Shown here: in pieces, positions 24,190 through 37,500 of the stretch | Position numbering within the stretch: the first letter of the stretch is position 1 | Layout: each line of letters starts with the position of its first letter | Source: Chiloscyllium plagiosum | Taxonomy: Eukaryota | Direction: 5' to 3' | DNA length: 64,000 nt | Assembly (NCBI RefSeq): GCF_004010195.1 | Contig: NC_057718.1 | Span: 77,078,079 to 77,142,078 of the forward strand | Program-made: the position numbers and the translations under genes | The notes under the pieces: generated by a model | The model's input: the letters and a program-made list of their open reading frames with translations, nothing else | Told to the model about the DNA's origin: nothing | Databases searched by the model: none

Positions 24190-27100
24190 AAAATTAACAG
24201 ACAGTGAAATTCACAACTGATCTTGGAGGAACCTGTTTGGGAGAAGTCACAGCACAGAGACAGATAAGTGAATAGCTTTAAGTGTGGCCTTGGGGAGTCT
24301 GCAGTAGTGAAGAGACTAAGTTCTTTCTTGATCATATATATTTTATTGAGATATGTCTCTCGATTAAACTTAAAAATATAAGCCACAAGTTAGCCTGGAG
24401 CAGTGTTTTATACAGGAATAAGATGGGGCTATTTTCTGGTTTTGCAGATTGGAAGAAACAAAAATGGCCCTTAGTAGAGTGATATGCTCTTCTTGTTGAA
24501 TATGGGAGTTTCGGGAGAGTTTATGTGTTACTGCAATAAATACCGTTGGTTGTGAATCCTATCTGATCGAATGGAACGGTTGGAACTACAGTTGGAGGCA
24601 ATGAGGAATTTATAAGAGCAAGGGGATGTGATGGATGGCAGTTATAGGAAGAGAGAAAAGTTGCAGATACAGTCATATAGATGGGTTACCTCTAGGAAGG
24701 GTAAGAGAGGTAGGCAGGTAGTGCAAGAGTCTTCTGTGGCTACCCCCATTTCAAACAAGTATGCTGTTTTGGAAAATGTCGGGGTTGATGGATTCTCAGG
24801 GGAATGTAGCAGAAACAGCCAAGTTTCTATCAAGGCAGGCTCTAATGCAATAAGGGGAATGTCGGGTTCCAAGCAATCGATTATGATAGGGGACTCCCTA
24901 GTCCGAGGCACAGTTAGACGTTTCTGTGACCAGCATGAAAAATCAGAATGGTGTGATGCTTCCCTGGTGACAGGATCAAGGATGTCTCAGAGAGGGTGCA
25001 GAATATTCTCAAGGGGAGAGGGCCCAGCAGGAGGTCATTGCACACATTGGAAGGGAAAAGGTTGAGATTCTGAAGAGAGATTACAGAGAGTTAGCCAGGA
25101 ATTTAAAAAGGAGGTCCTTGAGGGTAGTAATATCTGGATTACTCCCAGTGCTACGAGCTAGTGAGGGTAGGAATAGGAGGATGGAGGAGATGAATGCATG
25201 GCTGAGGAGCTGGTGTATGGGAGAAGAATTCACATTTTTGGATCATTTGGAATCTCTTCTGGGGTAGAAGTGACCTGTACAAGAAGGACGGATTACACCT
25301 AAATTGGAAGGGGACTAATGTGCTGGCGAGGAGATTTGCAAAAGCTGCTCTGGAGGATTTAAAATGGTAAGGACAGTCAGGGACAAAGCAGAAAACAAGG
25401 TAGGACTGATAAATTCAACAGCATTTTTTTCAACACAAGGGGCCTAACAGGGAAGGCAGATGAACTCAGGGTATGGTTCGGAACATGGGACTGGGATATC
25501 ATTGCAATTACAGAAGCATGACTCAGGGATGGACAGGACAGGCAGTTTAATGTTCCAGGATACAAATGCTACAGAAAGAACAGAAAGGGAGGCAAGAGAG
25601 GAGGGGGAGTGGCGGTTTTGATAAGGGATAGCATTACAGCTGAACTGAGGGAGGATATTCCTGGAAATACATCCAGGGAAGTTATTTGAGTGGAACTGAG
25701 AAATAAGAAAGGGATTATCACCTTATTGGGATTGTATTACAGACTCCCTTATAGTCAGAAGGAAATTGAGAACCAAATTTATAAGGAGATTACAGCTATC
25801 TATAAGAATAATAGACTGGTTATGGTAGGGGGTTTTAACTTTCCAAACATAGACTGTGACTGTTGTAGCGTTAAGGGTTTAGATGGAGAGGAATTTGTTA
25901 AGTATACAAGAAAATTTTCTGATTCAGTATGTGGATGTACCTACTAGAGAAGGTGCAAAACTTGACCTACTCTTGGGAAATAAGGCAGGGCAGGTGACTG
26001 AGGTGTCAGTGGGGCAGCACTTTAGAGCCAGTGACTGTACATCTACTAGTTTTAAAAATAGTGATAGAAAAAGATAGACCAGATCTAAAATTGGAGAAAG
26101 GAGAATTTGACAGTATTAGGCAAGAACTTTCAAAAGTTGATTGGGAGCAGATGTTCGCAAGTAAAGGGAAGGGCTGGAAAATGGGAAGCCTTCAGAAATG
26201 AAATAACGAGAGTTCAGAGACAGTATATTCCAGTTAGGGTGAAGAGAAAGGCTGGTATGTGTAGAGAATGCTGGATCACTACAGAAGTTGAGGGTTTGGT
26301 TAAGAAAACGAAGGAAGCTCATGCCCGAAACGTCAATTCTCCTGCTCCTTGGATGCTGCCTGACCTGCTGCGCTTTTCCACCAACACATTTTCAGCTCTG
26401 ATCTCCAGCATCTGCAGTCCTCATTTTCTCCAAGAAGGAAGCATATGTCAGGCATAGACAGGAGAGATCGAGTGAATCCTTAGAAGAGTAGAAGGGCAGT
26501 AGGAGTGTACTTAAGAGGGAAATCAGGAGGGCAAAAAGGGGACATGAGATAGTTTTGGCAAATAGAGTTAAGGAGAGTCCAAAGGGTTCTTACAAATGCA
26601 TTAAGTACAAAACGATAACCAGGGCGAGAGTAGGGACCCTCAAAGATCAGCAAGCTCCTGTGTGGAGCTGCAGAAAATAGGGGAGATACAAAATGAGTAT
26701 CTTGCATCAGTGTTTACTGTGGAAAAGGACATGGAAGATATAGAATTTAGGGAAATAGATGGAGACATCTTGAAAAATGTCCATATTACAGAGGAAGGAG
26801 TGCCGGATGTCTTGAGGTGCATAAAAGTGGATAAATCCCCAGGACCTGATCAGATGTACTGTAGAATTCTATGGGAAGCTAGGGAAGTGATTGCTGGGCC
26901 TTTTGCTGAGATATTTGTAAATTGATAGTCACAGGTGAGGTGCCAGAAGACTGGGGATTGGCTAACGTGGTGCCACTATTTAAGAACGGTGGTAAGGACA
27001 AGCTAGGGAACTATAGACCTGTGAGTCTGATGTCAGTGGTGGGCAAGTAGTTGGAGGGAATCCTGAGGGAGAGGATTTGCATGTATTTGGAAAGGCAAGG

Positions 27101-28178
27101 ACTGATTCGGGATAGTCAACATGGTTTTGTGCGTGGGAAATCATGTCTCACAAACTTTATTGAGGTTTTTTGAAGCAGTGACAAAGAGGATCAATGAGGG
27201 CAGAGCGGTAGACGTGATCTATTTGGACTTCAGTAAGGTGTTTGACAAGGTTCCCCATGGGAAACTGGTTAGATCTCATGGAATGCAGAGATAACTAACC
27301 ATTTGGATATAGAATTGGCTCAAAGGTAGAAGACAGAGAGTGGTGGCGGAGAGTTGTTTTTCAGACTGGAGGCCTGTGACCAGTGGAGTGCCACAAGGAT
27401 TGGTGCTGGGTCCTCTACTTTTTGTCATTTACATAAATGATTTGGATGTGAACATAAGAGGAACATAAGAGGTAACATAGTAAGTTTGCAGATGACACCA
27501 AAATTGGAGGTGTAGTGGACAGTGAAGAGGGTTACCTCAGATTACAACAGGACCTTGACCAGATGGGCCAATGGTACAGGAGTTTGGAGGTCATGTTGCG
27601 GCCGTACAGGACATTGGTTAGGCTACTGTTGAAATCTTGTGTGCAATTCTGGTCTTCTTCCTATTGGAAAGGTGTTGTGAAACTTGAAAGGGTTCAGAAA
27701 AGATTTACAAGAATGTTGCCAAGGTTGGAGGATTTGAGCTTTAAGGGAGAGGCTGGGGCTGTTTTCCCTGGAGCATTGGAGGCTGAGAGGTGACCTTATA
27801 AAGGTTTACAAAATTATGAGGGGCATGGATAGGGTAAATAGACAAAGTCTTTTCCCTGGGGTCAGGTAGTCCAGAACTAGAGGACATAGGTTTATGGTGA
27901 GAAGGGAAAGATATAAAAGAGACCTAAGGGACAACGTTTTCCATACAGAGGGTGGTACATGTATGGAATAAGCTGCCAGAGGAAGTGGCAGAGGCTGGTA
28001 CAATTGCAACATTTAAGAGGCATTTGGATGGATATATGAATAGGAAAAGTTTGGAGGGATATGGGCCAGGTGCTGGCAGGTGGAACTAGATTGGGTTGGA
28101 ATATCTGGTGGGCATGGACAGGTTGGACCGAAGGGTCTGTTTCCATGCTGTACATCTCTATGACCCTATGACTCTATA
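24190..28178 (+). mobile_element. Near full-length CR1 (HER1-like) LINE: ORF1 (Zn/esterase) plus ORF2 (APE-RT), inactivated
   Basis: ORF1 from ATG 24464 (MALSRVICSSC, SNKYAVL, IGDSLVRGT, DGLHLN). ORF2: DIIAITE, LGLYYR, GGFNFPNID, LDLLLGN, KSPGPDQ, NYRPVSL, SGVPQG, KFADDTK. Tail ctatgaccctatgactctat. Multiple stops, frameshifts and an internal deletion near 27572. The 5' boundary is approximate. Confidence 0.9.
26319..26431 (+). mobile_element. Family A PLE-derived fragment nested in CR1 ORF2
   Basis: tcatgcccgaaacgtcaattctcc...ctgcagtcctcattttctcc flanked by duplicated gaaggaagc. Confidence 0.85.
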
Positions 28179-28179
28179 T

Positions 28180-28694
28180 CGTTTCAGTTGCATGACACTG
28201 ACACTTTTTGCTATAAATTCTGTGCCTTATGATCCTGCTCCACCTGATGAAGGAGAAGCGTTCCAAAAGCTAGTACTTCCAAACAAACCTATTGGACTAT
28301 AACCTGTTTTTTTTTAGATTAGACTACCTACAGTGTGGAAACAGGCCCTTCGGCTCAACAAGTCCACACCGACCTGCCGAAGTGTAATCCACCCAGACCC
28401 ATTCTCCTACATTTACCCCTTCACCTAACACTACGGGCAATTTAGCGTGGTCAATTCACCTGACCTGCACATTTTTGGATTGTGGGTGGAAACTGGAGCA
28501 CCCGGAGGGTGCCCATACAGACACGGGGAGAATGTGCAAACTCCACACAGAGAGTTGCCTGAGGCGGGAATTGAACCCGGGTCTCTGGCGCTGCGAGGCA
28601 GCAGTGCTAACCACTGTGCCACCGTGCCGCCCATAATGGTGTTGTGTGATTTTTAACTTGTCTACCCCAGTCCAACACTGATACCTCCACATCA
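28180..28694 (+). mobile_element. Family B PLE terminal segment split by a SINE
   Basis: cacctgatgaaggagaagcgttccaaaagctag...ctataacctg | SINE | tggtgttgtgtgatttttaact... Confidence 0.75.
28306..28632 (-). mobile_element. Full-length HE1/V-SINE-type SINE
   Basis: Very similar to 23244-23558; A and B boxes intact. Confidence 0.92.
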
Positions 28695-28899
28695 TTTATT
28701 AAGCAAAAGATCCTGAGTATTATTTGAAAGAAGCTATGCCCACATCATTGAAGGACACTTATGTTTGAAGGAGATGCAAAAGGTAATATCAAGGAAGAAT
28801 TGTCGCTAAAATATTAAAGCCGGAGTCAAATTTCAAGCAAGAATTACAGCATGGGATTACTGTTGGAGGTATTCTGCAGATTTATTCATGTGCCATAAC

Positions 28900-30250
28900 C
28901 AAGCAAAACTGAAATCAATGGCATCAGGAGAGACAATTGCACTGGTTGGAAATATGCCTGGCACCCAGGAAGATGGTTTTGGTTGCTGGAGGTCAGTCAT
29001 CTAGCAGGTGCTCCTCAGGTCCAATCATCTTCAGTTGCTCTACCAATGACCTTCCCTCCAAAAGTGGCAAATAACATTCAGGCCACTCAAATGGAGGCAA
29101 TGACCATCTACAATAAGAGACAATCTAACCATTGTCCTTTGACATTCAATGGTGTTACAATTGCTGAATCCCTCACAATCAACGCCCTCAGGGAATTACC
29201 ATTGACCAGAAACTGAACATTTATCTCTCCACCCCGGAGGCTCCCTGCCTCATTCGTGATGAAGGCCTTTTGTCCGAAACATTGATTTTCCTGCTCCTCA
29301 GATGCTGCCTGACCTACTGTGCTTTTCCAGCACCACTCTAATCCAGAAACTGAACAGGACTAGCCACATAAATCTAGTGACTATGAGAGCAGGCCCGAGG
29401 CTAGGACTATTGCAGTGAGTAAGTCATCTGATTCCTCAAAGCATGTTCACCATCTAGAAGACTCAGTAAAGAGTGTGATGGAATACTGCCCACTTGCCTG
29501 GATAAGTACAGTTTCAACAACACACAACAAATTTGACATCATCCAGGACAAGGCAGATGCTTGATTGACACCATAATCACAAACATGCACTGTCTCCACT
29601 ATCACCACTCAGTAGCAGCAGTGTGTACCATCTGTAAGATGCATTGCAGAAATTCATTGAAGATCCTTAGATAGGTCCTTCCAACCCCACAACTGCTACC
29701 ATTGAAGGGACAAGTGCAGCAGATACATTGGAACACCATCACCTACAAATTCCCTTCAGTATGAAACCCAACAGTATGAAAGCAGGCCATTCAGCCCACC
29801 AAGTCTTCAGTGACCCTCCAAAGAACATCCCATCCAGTCCCACCCCATCCCCACGTCCCATGCATTTGCCATGACTAACACACCTAGCCTGCACATCCTT
29901 GGACTGTGGGATGAAACAGGAGCACCAGAGGAAACCCACACAGACATGGAATGTACAAACTCCATACAGACATTTGCCCCAGGGTGGAATCAAACCTAGG
30001 ACCTTGGTGCTGTAAGGCAGTAGTGCTAGCCACTGAGACATCTTGCTGAAATATATCACTGGAAATATTTTACTGATCCTTAAGTGTCACTGGGTCAAAA
30101 TCTTGGAATTCCCTCCTTGACAACATGATAAGTCTATGTACAGCACATAGGCTGCAATGATTTAATTGGGCGACTCACCTTTACCTTATCAAGGGCAACT
30201 ACCAACATACATTAAAATGTTGGCCCGGTTAGTGATCCCTACATCCCTCA
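28900..30250 (+). mobile_element. 3' end of old CR1-group LINE with nested family A (29220-29342) and SINE insertions
   Basis: Homologous to 300-965. The family A insert has a 14-bp TSD ccagaaactgaaca at 29206-29219 and 29343-29356. Confidence 0.7.
29760..30045 (-). mobile_element. Diverged HE1/V-SINE-type SINE
   Basis: Reverse complement: ctcagtggctagcactactgccttacagc...ggtttgattcc...tatggagtttgtacattc. Confidence 0.75.
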
Positions 30251-30799
30251 AGTGATTACACAAAAAGTGACAACCTGCATGATCTAACCATCTGATTTTC
30301 ACAAATATTTAGTTTAATGTTGGATCCCCGTATTAAGAACATTTATATATGTGTTTTTTAACAAGCAGCTATTCCTGTGAGAAATTCCAAGAATCAGGAA
30401 ACAAACTATTTACAGGTGAACTGGGAAAGGGGAAGCAATTTTCAGATTAAATTTGAGGCGGGAAGAGTTTTGATTCTAACAGTAACTACTGGTAATTCAT
30501 TAAATGTGCCGGTTAATAATAAACACGCTAACTCTCAGATTCTGTTCATAATAATCACTAATAAATCAAATATAACTGGTACAATTAGGTATAACACCCC
30601 GAAATCCTACCTATAACTAGTAATAATCCTATAACGACCTGAAAAGTCATCCAATCATCCCCCCACTCCCTCATATCGCCGTCCCATTTCCACGTCTACC
30701 TGACCATTCCCCATCTCCTCCACATTTCCACCTCAATCTCCCGCACTCACCACCTCCACTTCCAGCGCACACTCCCTCACCCCTCCCCCACTTCCACCT

Positions 30800-30934
30800 C
30801 CATCGACCGTTGCTCGAGCCAACGGACGGGCGCCGTGATTTAATCGGCGTCCCCGGTCTCCTAGCGACCGATTCGAATGTTTGGAGTGGATCGCTCGAGA
30901 GCGGTAGCCGGAGCAGTCTGAAGGAGAAGTGAGT
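30800..30934 (+). promoter_or_regulatory. CpG-rich promoter / putative non-coding first exon with RFX X-box-like motif and splice donor
   Basis: The only dense non-repeat CpG cluster in the window; GTCTCCTAGCGAC at 30856-30868; donor-like GAA|GTGAGT at 30929; followed by G/A-rich sequence typical of a first intron. Confidence 0.55.
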
Positions 30935-31045
30935 GAGTGAGGGGGAATAGAAGGGAGACGAGGGGAGTGAGCCAGTGTGGGGGAATAGAAGGGGCGGGGG
31001 AATTGAGTGAGTAGGAGGGGGCGGGGGGATTGAGGGAATGTGGGG

Positions 31046-31465
31046 NNNNNNNNNNNNNNNNNNNNNNNNNNNNNNNNNNNNNNNNNNNNNNNNNNNNNNN
31101 NNNNNNNNNNNNNNNNNNNNNNNNNNNNNNNNNNNNNNNNNNNNNNNNNNNNNNNNNNNNNNNNNNNNNNNNNNNNNNNNNNNNNNNNNNNNNNNNNNNN
31201 NNNNNNNNNNNNNNNNNNNNNNNNNNNNNNNNNNNNNNNNNNNNNNNNNNNNNNNNNNNNNNNNNNNNNNNNNNNNNNNNNNNNNNNNNNNNNNNNNNNN
31301 NNNNNNNNNNNNNNNNNNNNNNNNNNNNNNNNNNNNNNNNNNNNNNNNNNNNNNNNNNNNNNNNNNNNNNNNNNNNNNNNNNNNNNNNNNNNNNNNNNNN
31401 NNNNNNNNNNNNNNNNNNNNNNNNNNNNNNNNNNNNNNNNNNNNNNNNNNNNNNNNNNNNNNNNN
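31046..31465. other. Assembly gap (420 N) in purine-rich low-complexity sequence
   Basis: Run of n. Confidence 1.
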
Positions 31466-31839
31466 GTGGTTGAGGGAAGGGAGAGATGGTGAGCTGTAGG
31501 GACAGGGGGCTTGGAAGGGAGAAAGGGCTGACAGTAGGAAGAAGGACTGGTGGGTGAGGAAGGGGAAGAGATTGTAGGCTGAGAGGGTGAGGAGGGGTTT
31601 AGGCGGACAGGAGTTCTCAGTTTATTGGGGTGGGAGACTGTTGGCATGAATTACTCTGCAATCTTCTATTCAATATCAGTTGGTACAACTTTGACTTTCC
31701 TTCATTCAGATGTCATTACCTAAGTGAAGGAAATATCAGGGAAGTTCATGAATTACATTTTCGAAAAAAAAGTCTGCCACTGGTGTGTCAGGATCCCTTT
31801 CTGTTTTGCTGACAGTTCCCTTGTCTTGCAACCACTAGG

Positions 31840-33283
31840 TGGCTATTCCTTATTCCCAATTCCTCCGCTTCTGCCACATCTGCTCCCAAGGAGGACCAGT
31901 TCCACCACAGAACTCACCAGATGGCCTCCTTTTTTAAAGACCACAATTTCCCCTCCCATGTGGTTGATGATGCCCTTCAGCACATCTCATCCACTTCCCG
32001 CACATCTGCCCTCAAACCCCACCCCTCCAACTGCAACAAGGACAGAACAGTGTCTCCCCCCGGTCCTCACCTTCCATCCCACCAACCTCCATATACATCG
32101 CATACATCCTCTGCCATTTCTGCCACCTACAAACGGACCCCACACCCAGAGATATATTTCCCTCCCCACTCCATCCACTTTCCGTAAAGATTGTTCCCTC
32201 CGCGACTACCTCGTCAGGTTCACTCCCCCCAACAACCCACCCTCCGCTCCCAGCATCTTTCCCTGCCACCGCAGGAATTGCAAATCCTGCGCCCACACGA
32301 ACCCCCCTCACCTCCGTCCAAGGCGCCAAAGGAGCCTTCCTCATCTATCAAAGTTTCACATATGTCATTTACTGTATCCGTTGCTCCTGCTGCGGTCTCC
32401 TCTACATTGGGGAGACAGGACACCTACTCGCAGAGTGCTTCAGAGAACATCTCCGGGACACTCACACCAACCAACCCCACCGCCCTGTGGCCGAACACTT
32501 CACCTTCCCCTCCAACTCAGCCGAGGACATGCAGGTCCTGGACCTCCTCCATCGCCGCTCCCTTACCACCCATCCCTGGAGGAAGAAGGCCTCATCTTCT
32601 GCCTCGGGACCGTCCAACCCCATGGCATCAATGTGCATTTCACCATTTCGTTATTTCCCCTTCCCCACCTTACCTCAGTTCCAACCTGTTCGCTGAGCTG
32701 GGAATTTGTGTTGCAGATGTTTCGTCCCCTGTCTAGGTGACATCCTCAGTGCTTGGGACCCTCCTGTGAAGCGTTTCTGTGATGTTTCCTCCGGCATTTA
32801 TAGTGGTTTGTCTCTGCCGCTTCCGGTTGTCAGTTCCAGCTGTCTGTTGCAGTGGCTTGGTGTTCATGGATGCGGATCGTTAGCTGTCTTCGTTAGATGT
32901 TACCTAGACAGGGGACGAAACGTCTGCAACACAAATTCCCAGCTCGGCGAACAGAACCACAACAGCGAGCACCCGAGCTACAAATCTTCTCACAAACTTT
33001 GATCAGTTCCAACCTTCCGGCTCAGCACCGTCCCCATGACCTGTCCAATTTGTCCATCTTCCTTCCCACCTATCTGCATCACCCTCCCCTCTGACCTAAC
33101 ATCTTTAGCCCCACCTTCATCCACCTATTGCAGCTACCTTGCCCCCCAGCCCCACCCCCCCACCCCCATTTATCTCTCCATCCCCGGCCTCATTCCTGAT
33201 GAAGGGCTTTTGCCTGAAATGTCGATTATCCTGCTCCTTAGATGCTACCTGACCTACTGTGCGTTTCCAGCACCACACTCTTG
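31840..33283 (+). mobile_element. Penelope-like element (family A parent): 5'-truncated, GIY-YIG endonuclease, terminal hammerhead-like repeat
   Basis: AIPYSQFLRFCHICS, PLVLTFHP-like, FPCHRRNCKSC, IYCIRCSCCGLLYIGETG.LLAECFREHL. The 3' end cattcctgatgaagggcttttgcctgaaatgtcgatt matches the short family A insertions. Confidence 0.9.
32688..33002. mobile_element. Family E PLE terminal inverted insertion nested in the family A Penelope
   Basis: Inverted arms (gctgggaatttgtgttgcagatgtttcgtcccctgtctagg and cctagacaggggacgaaacgtctgcaacacaaattcccagc); 13-bp TSD tcagttccaacct at 32675-32687 and 33003-33015. Confidence 0.85.
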
Positions 33284-34517
33284 AATAACAACACTTAGAT
33301 ATATCACCCTTCCCCACCCTCCCACTCCCAAAATAATTCTGAAGTTTGAATGGAGAAAGAACAAAGAAGACAACTTGCTCACTAACTTCTTTTACATGAG
33401 CAAAATGCTACTAAAGTAAACAAAATATCAGCTTCATCCAATCAGGAATTTAGAAAATTGTGATCACTGAACATAAAAAAAACTCACTTAGACCCAGCAC
33501 TGGAGCCATGGTTAACAATTTAACTGCAGAATGGAATTTAAAGCTGCGATTAGAGACACCTAGGCATCAATACTCCAGAAAATAAATAGTTTTGTTTCTT
33601 TGGTTGATTTTCATTATTTAATTGGCCAGTAGGAGGTACTACTGTTTTTAAAAAATGCTAACTCTTAAATAATAAAATCAATTATTTTGCACTTTAACAT
33701 ATCTGGATAAAATCTAATGGAATATTAAATCTTTAATAGCTTATATTTACTGCAATTACATGGCTAGTCCTTAAGTACTATAATTATTTATAATATATGA
33801 ACAAATAAGCCAAGAATGGAATATACTAATAAATTAAAACTATTTGCTCTCTAGTGGAAACATTACCATAGTGTATTATTAAAATGTTTTTATTGTTAGC
33901 TATGTAAGTGATTAAGATGCTAATTTTGATTATCCTGAAGATTTCTATAGACAATCTTATGAAAGTTGTTAATTGTGGCCAGTGAACTTAAAAAAAATGT
34001 AGAGGAAAACTTTTTTACAAACTTCCTTACAAAAGTTTTTTTTTGTGCAACAATTTGTTACAAGCAATTCAACATGTTCCAAAGAACAAGCTTATTTTCC
34101 CAATGATCCTCACAGGCACCTGAAGCATTTGCATGTGTGGAAACCGGATGTCACTGGAACTACTTTCATCACTGTCCAAGGAAATGGGAGGATTAAAATA
34201 GTGATTAAAATAATGATCTGTTAGCAAAACAGTTTGCTCCAGTGCATTATTCTAGCATGACGAGCAGAAACTACTTTGCATTATGAGTCAAAGTAGAATT
34301 CTCTGAACCCATAGCAAAACCTGTTAACTAATCCTACCCTAACTCAAAATATTTTCAGCAGCAATCAAAGGCAGGCTTTACAAATCAGGCAGTTGCAGAT
34401 TGACAGATTCCATAATGAACTTAACCAACAATCCATAACTTACAGGAACTTGATCAGATAAATGTTGATTACTGACAAACTTTATCTCTTTAAAGTTTTC
34501 AATACAGCTATACATTT

Positions 34518-37500
34518 TGAAATAACTCCAAAGAGGCTGGTGTCCCGTCACCAAGTCATCCTTTATTTACATGGACATAGTCCTTGACACTGATGCAGCT
34601 TTCTTAGAGCCAGCAGTCAGAGTGAACAGAGTATCTGAGATTCCAGTTTATACCTGTTAGTCAGGGCTCCCTGAGTGGATCAGGTGAAAAGCCCCAATGA
34701 GGGAACTTATATTCTATGATGTCGACGTAGCTGTCCTCATTACAATCATTACATCCCTCTCCCTCTATGTCCTGGGATACAGGCCTGTTATATTTCTCAT
34801 AGTGTCTCCTGGGCTGTTTTTGCACTGGGTCTGGTTTCACTGACAAACCTGGGTGGTATGTACCAAACCCGAGGTGTGGCCCGCATGTTTCGCAGGGGGT
34901 GTCTTGGAAGAAATTTATCCTCTTCTTCAGGTATAAAGGTATTGAAGCTGTGACATCCACCATGTCCACCTCAGACTCCAAGGGTTCTTCAATGTTAGAT
35001 GGTGGTGGTGAGGGACGGGGTGCTTCTGACAGCCTTTATGTCTGTTCTGAGGGGCCAGGTAAGTTTTGCTCCTGCCCTGTTGTGTGAGGTTGCAGCTTTA
35101 ATGTGGTTCATGTACTTGTTCAAGACTGCCTTACCTACCTGAACTTTGTATGGGACCTGACCTCATGTTGACCAAGGCCATTTCTGTGGCTCTGACACCA
35201 AACTTCATCCCCTGAAGTAAAGTGTCTCTCTCGTAGACAAGTCTTGTGTCCAGCATTGGCATTCCTGATGTTATTTGATGCCCCACTATCCTCAGGTTTG
35301 GGAAGATCAGATTTAACCTGGTGCGGAGTCTTTTTCCCATTAGCAACTCTGCTGGAGTTAGCCTTGCAGTTGCATGAGGGTTAGTCAGGTAATCAAATAG
35401 GAACCGGGACAGTTTGGTGTCAAGTGAAGGTGAAAGCTGTTTCTTTAAAGTTTGCTTTCAAAGTTTGGACTGATCTTTCTGCCAGACCACTGGACAGAGG
35501 ATGGAATGCTGTTGTCCTTATATGCCAATTGCCATTTGACTTTAGGAAATACTCAAATTCTCTGTTGGTAAATGATGGCCTGTTGTCTGTGACCAACGTT
35601 TCTGGAAGCCCATGTAATGCAAAAGATGCTCGCAGCTTTACTGTCATCATCCCTGTGTTTGACAGATGAACTCTATGCATGTCCAATCACTTTGAGTGAG
35701 TGTCAAAATTGATTAAGAACATTGTTTCTATGAAAGGGCCAACATGGTTGACATATAACTGAATCCATGATTTACCTAATCATTCTCATGAATGTGGGAG
35801 ATCTGCTGGCAGTAATTTTTGTCCTTGTTGGCACTTTGGGCACTGCCTCATTAATGTGGATCCAATCTGCATCTAACCTTGGTGCCCAGACATAACTTCT
35901 CACCAACATCTTCATTTTGCACACCCCTGCATGACCAAGTGGAGTTCAGCCAGTTTCTGGCAGCAATCCTTGCTTGGGACAATCACTCTTGCTCTCCACA
36001 ATAAAATGCCAATCTCTACTGTGATCTGGTCTTGCTGGGACCAGGAAGGTTTCAGTTCTGATTGTGATATCCCTCTTGTTTCTGGCATCACCACCAGCTG
36101 TTTTAGTTTTGCCAGGAATGGATCTTTTTGCGTCCACAGTCTGATATTGTCAGTGGTGATCAGAAGGGTGTCCAGAAAGTTTAAAACCAGATTGAACTCT
36201 TCTAGTGGCAGCACCATTAGTGGTGTATCTATCAGCATGGATGGCTCACTATTTGGCCACCTGGAGGGTGGTCCACGTTGTAATTGTACAGACTTAGAAT
36301 GAGAGTCCATGGCTGAATTCGACCTGAAACTATGGGCTGGCACTGTCTCGCCCCCTTTGAATTGCCCTAGCCGTGGTTTGTGGTCTGTTACTGTTACAAA
36401 TTTGTGTTTGTATAGGTATTGGTGGAACCTTCTCATGCAAAAGATGACCGCCAAACCTTCCTTCTCTCTCAGGGTGTGTTTGCAGTCTGCATCAGCCAAA
36501 ATCTGGGAAGCATACGCTTTGGGCGTTCCCTTCCATTGGGCCATGTGTGAGGCAACAGTTCTGCAATATTGTAGGGGGAAGCATCGCATGTCAGCACCAG
36601 ATCTCATTTAGGAGCATAATGTGACAATACTTTAGATGTTGACAGCTACTTCTTCACTTCCCTAAGGACTACATTTTGATGACGAGTCCATTTCCAAGGC
36701 TGTCCATTTTTCAGCAGATATAAGGGTGCCAGGATGGAGGCCAGGTTATATACAAACGTTTTGTAATAATTCAACAATCTGAGGAAAGACTAAACTCTGA
36801 TACAGACATGGGAGCTGGGGAACCTTTAATCACTCTCACTGGCCTTGTCAACTCTGTAGCACAAGAAGATCATTTGGGGTGCCTGGAACATACATTTTTT
36901 CCTTCTAAGGCATAGGGCCATCTTGGAGAAACATCTAAGGCCTTTGTCCAAGTTTTCTAAGTGCTCTTTTTGGGTTTTTCCTGCTCTTAGTACATCATCC
37001 AGATAAATGGCAACCTTGTGTAGATCTTGTAGAATGTTCTCCATCATCCGCTGAAAAATGGCACAGGCTGATGATACCCTAAATGGCAGTCTCGTATATT
37101 GGTACAAACCCTTATGGGTATTAATTGTAGCAAACATCTGGGAATCCTCATTTACCTGCAATTGCAGGGTATGCATGGATCATGTCCAGCTTCATGAAGG
37201 ACAGTAACCCCCCTCTGCTTTGTGTGAAAGTTGTCTACGCGAGGGATTGGGTATATATCTAGTTGCGATAAGTGGCTTACCATTTGTTTAAAATTCCCAC
37301 AAAAGCGAACTAACCCGACGGTCTTCACAATCAGAATGGCCAGTACTGCCCATTCCACAAACTGTACTAGTTTGATGATTCCTTCGCTTTCTAGCCTCCT
37401 GATTTCTGCCTCTACTTCTGCACACAAAGCAAATTAAATTGGGCAGGCCTTGCAAAGTGTTGGAAGTGCTTACAGGTCAACATGCTAGATGGCCTTGACT

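Noticed and set aside
30733..31647. 304-aa and 147-153-aa ORFs across the gap
   Set aside because: Artefacts of translating 420 N plus low-complexity flanks.
31724..32740. 338-aa ORF as a host gene
   Set aside because: It threads through a frameshifted Penelope element; the GIY-YIG motifs lie in other frames.
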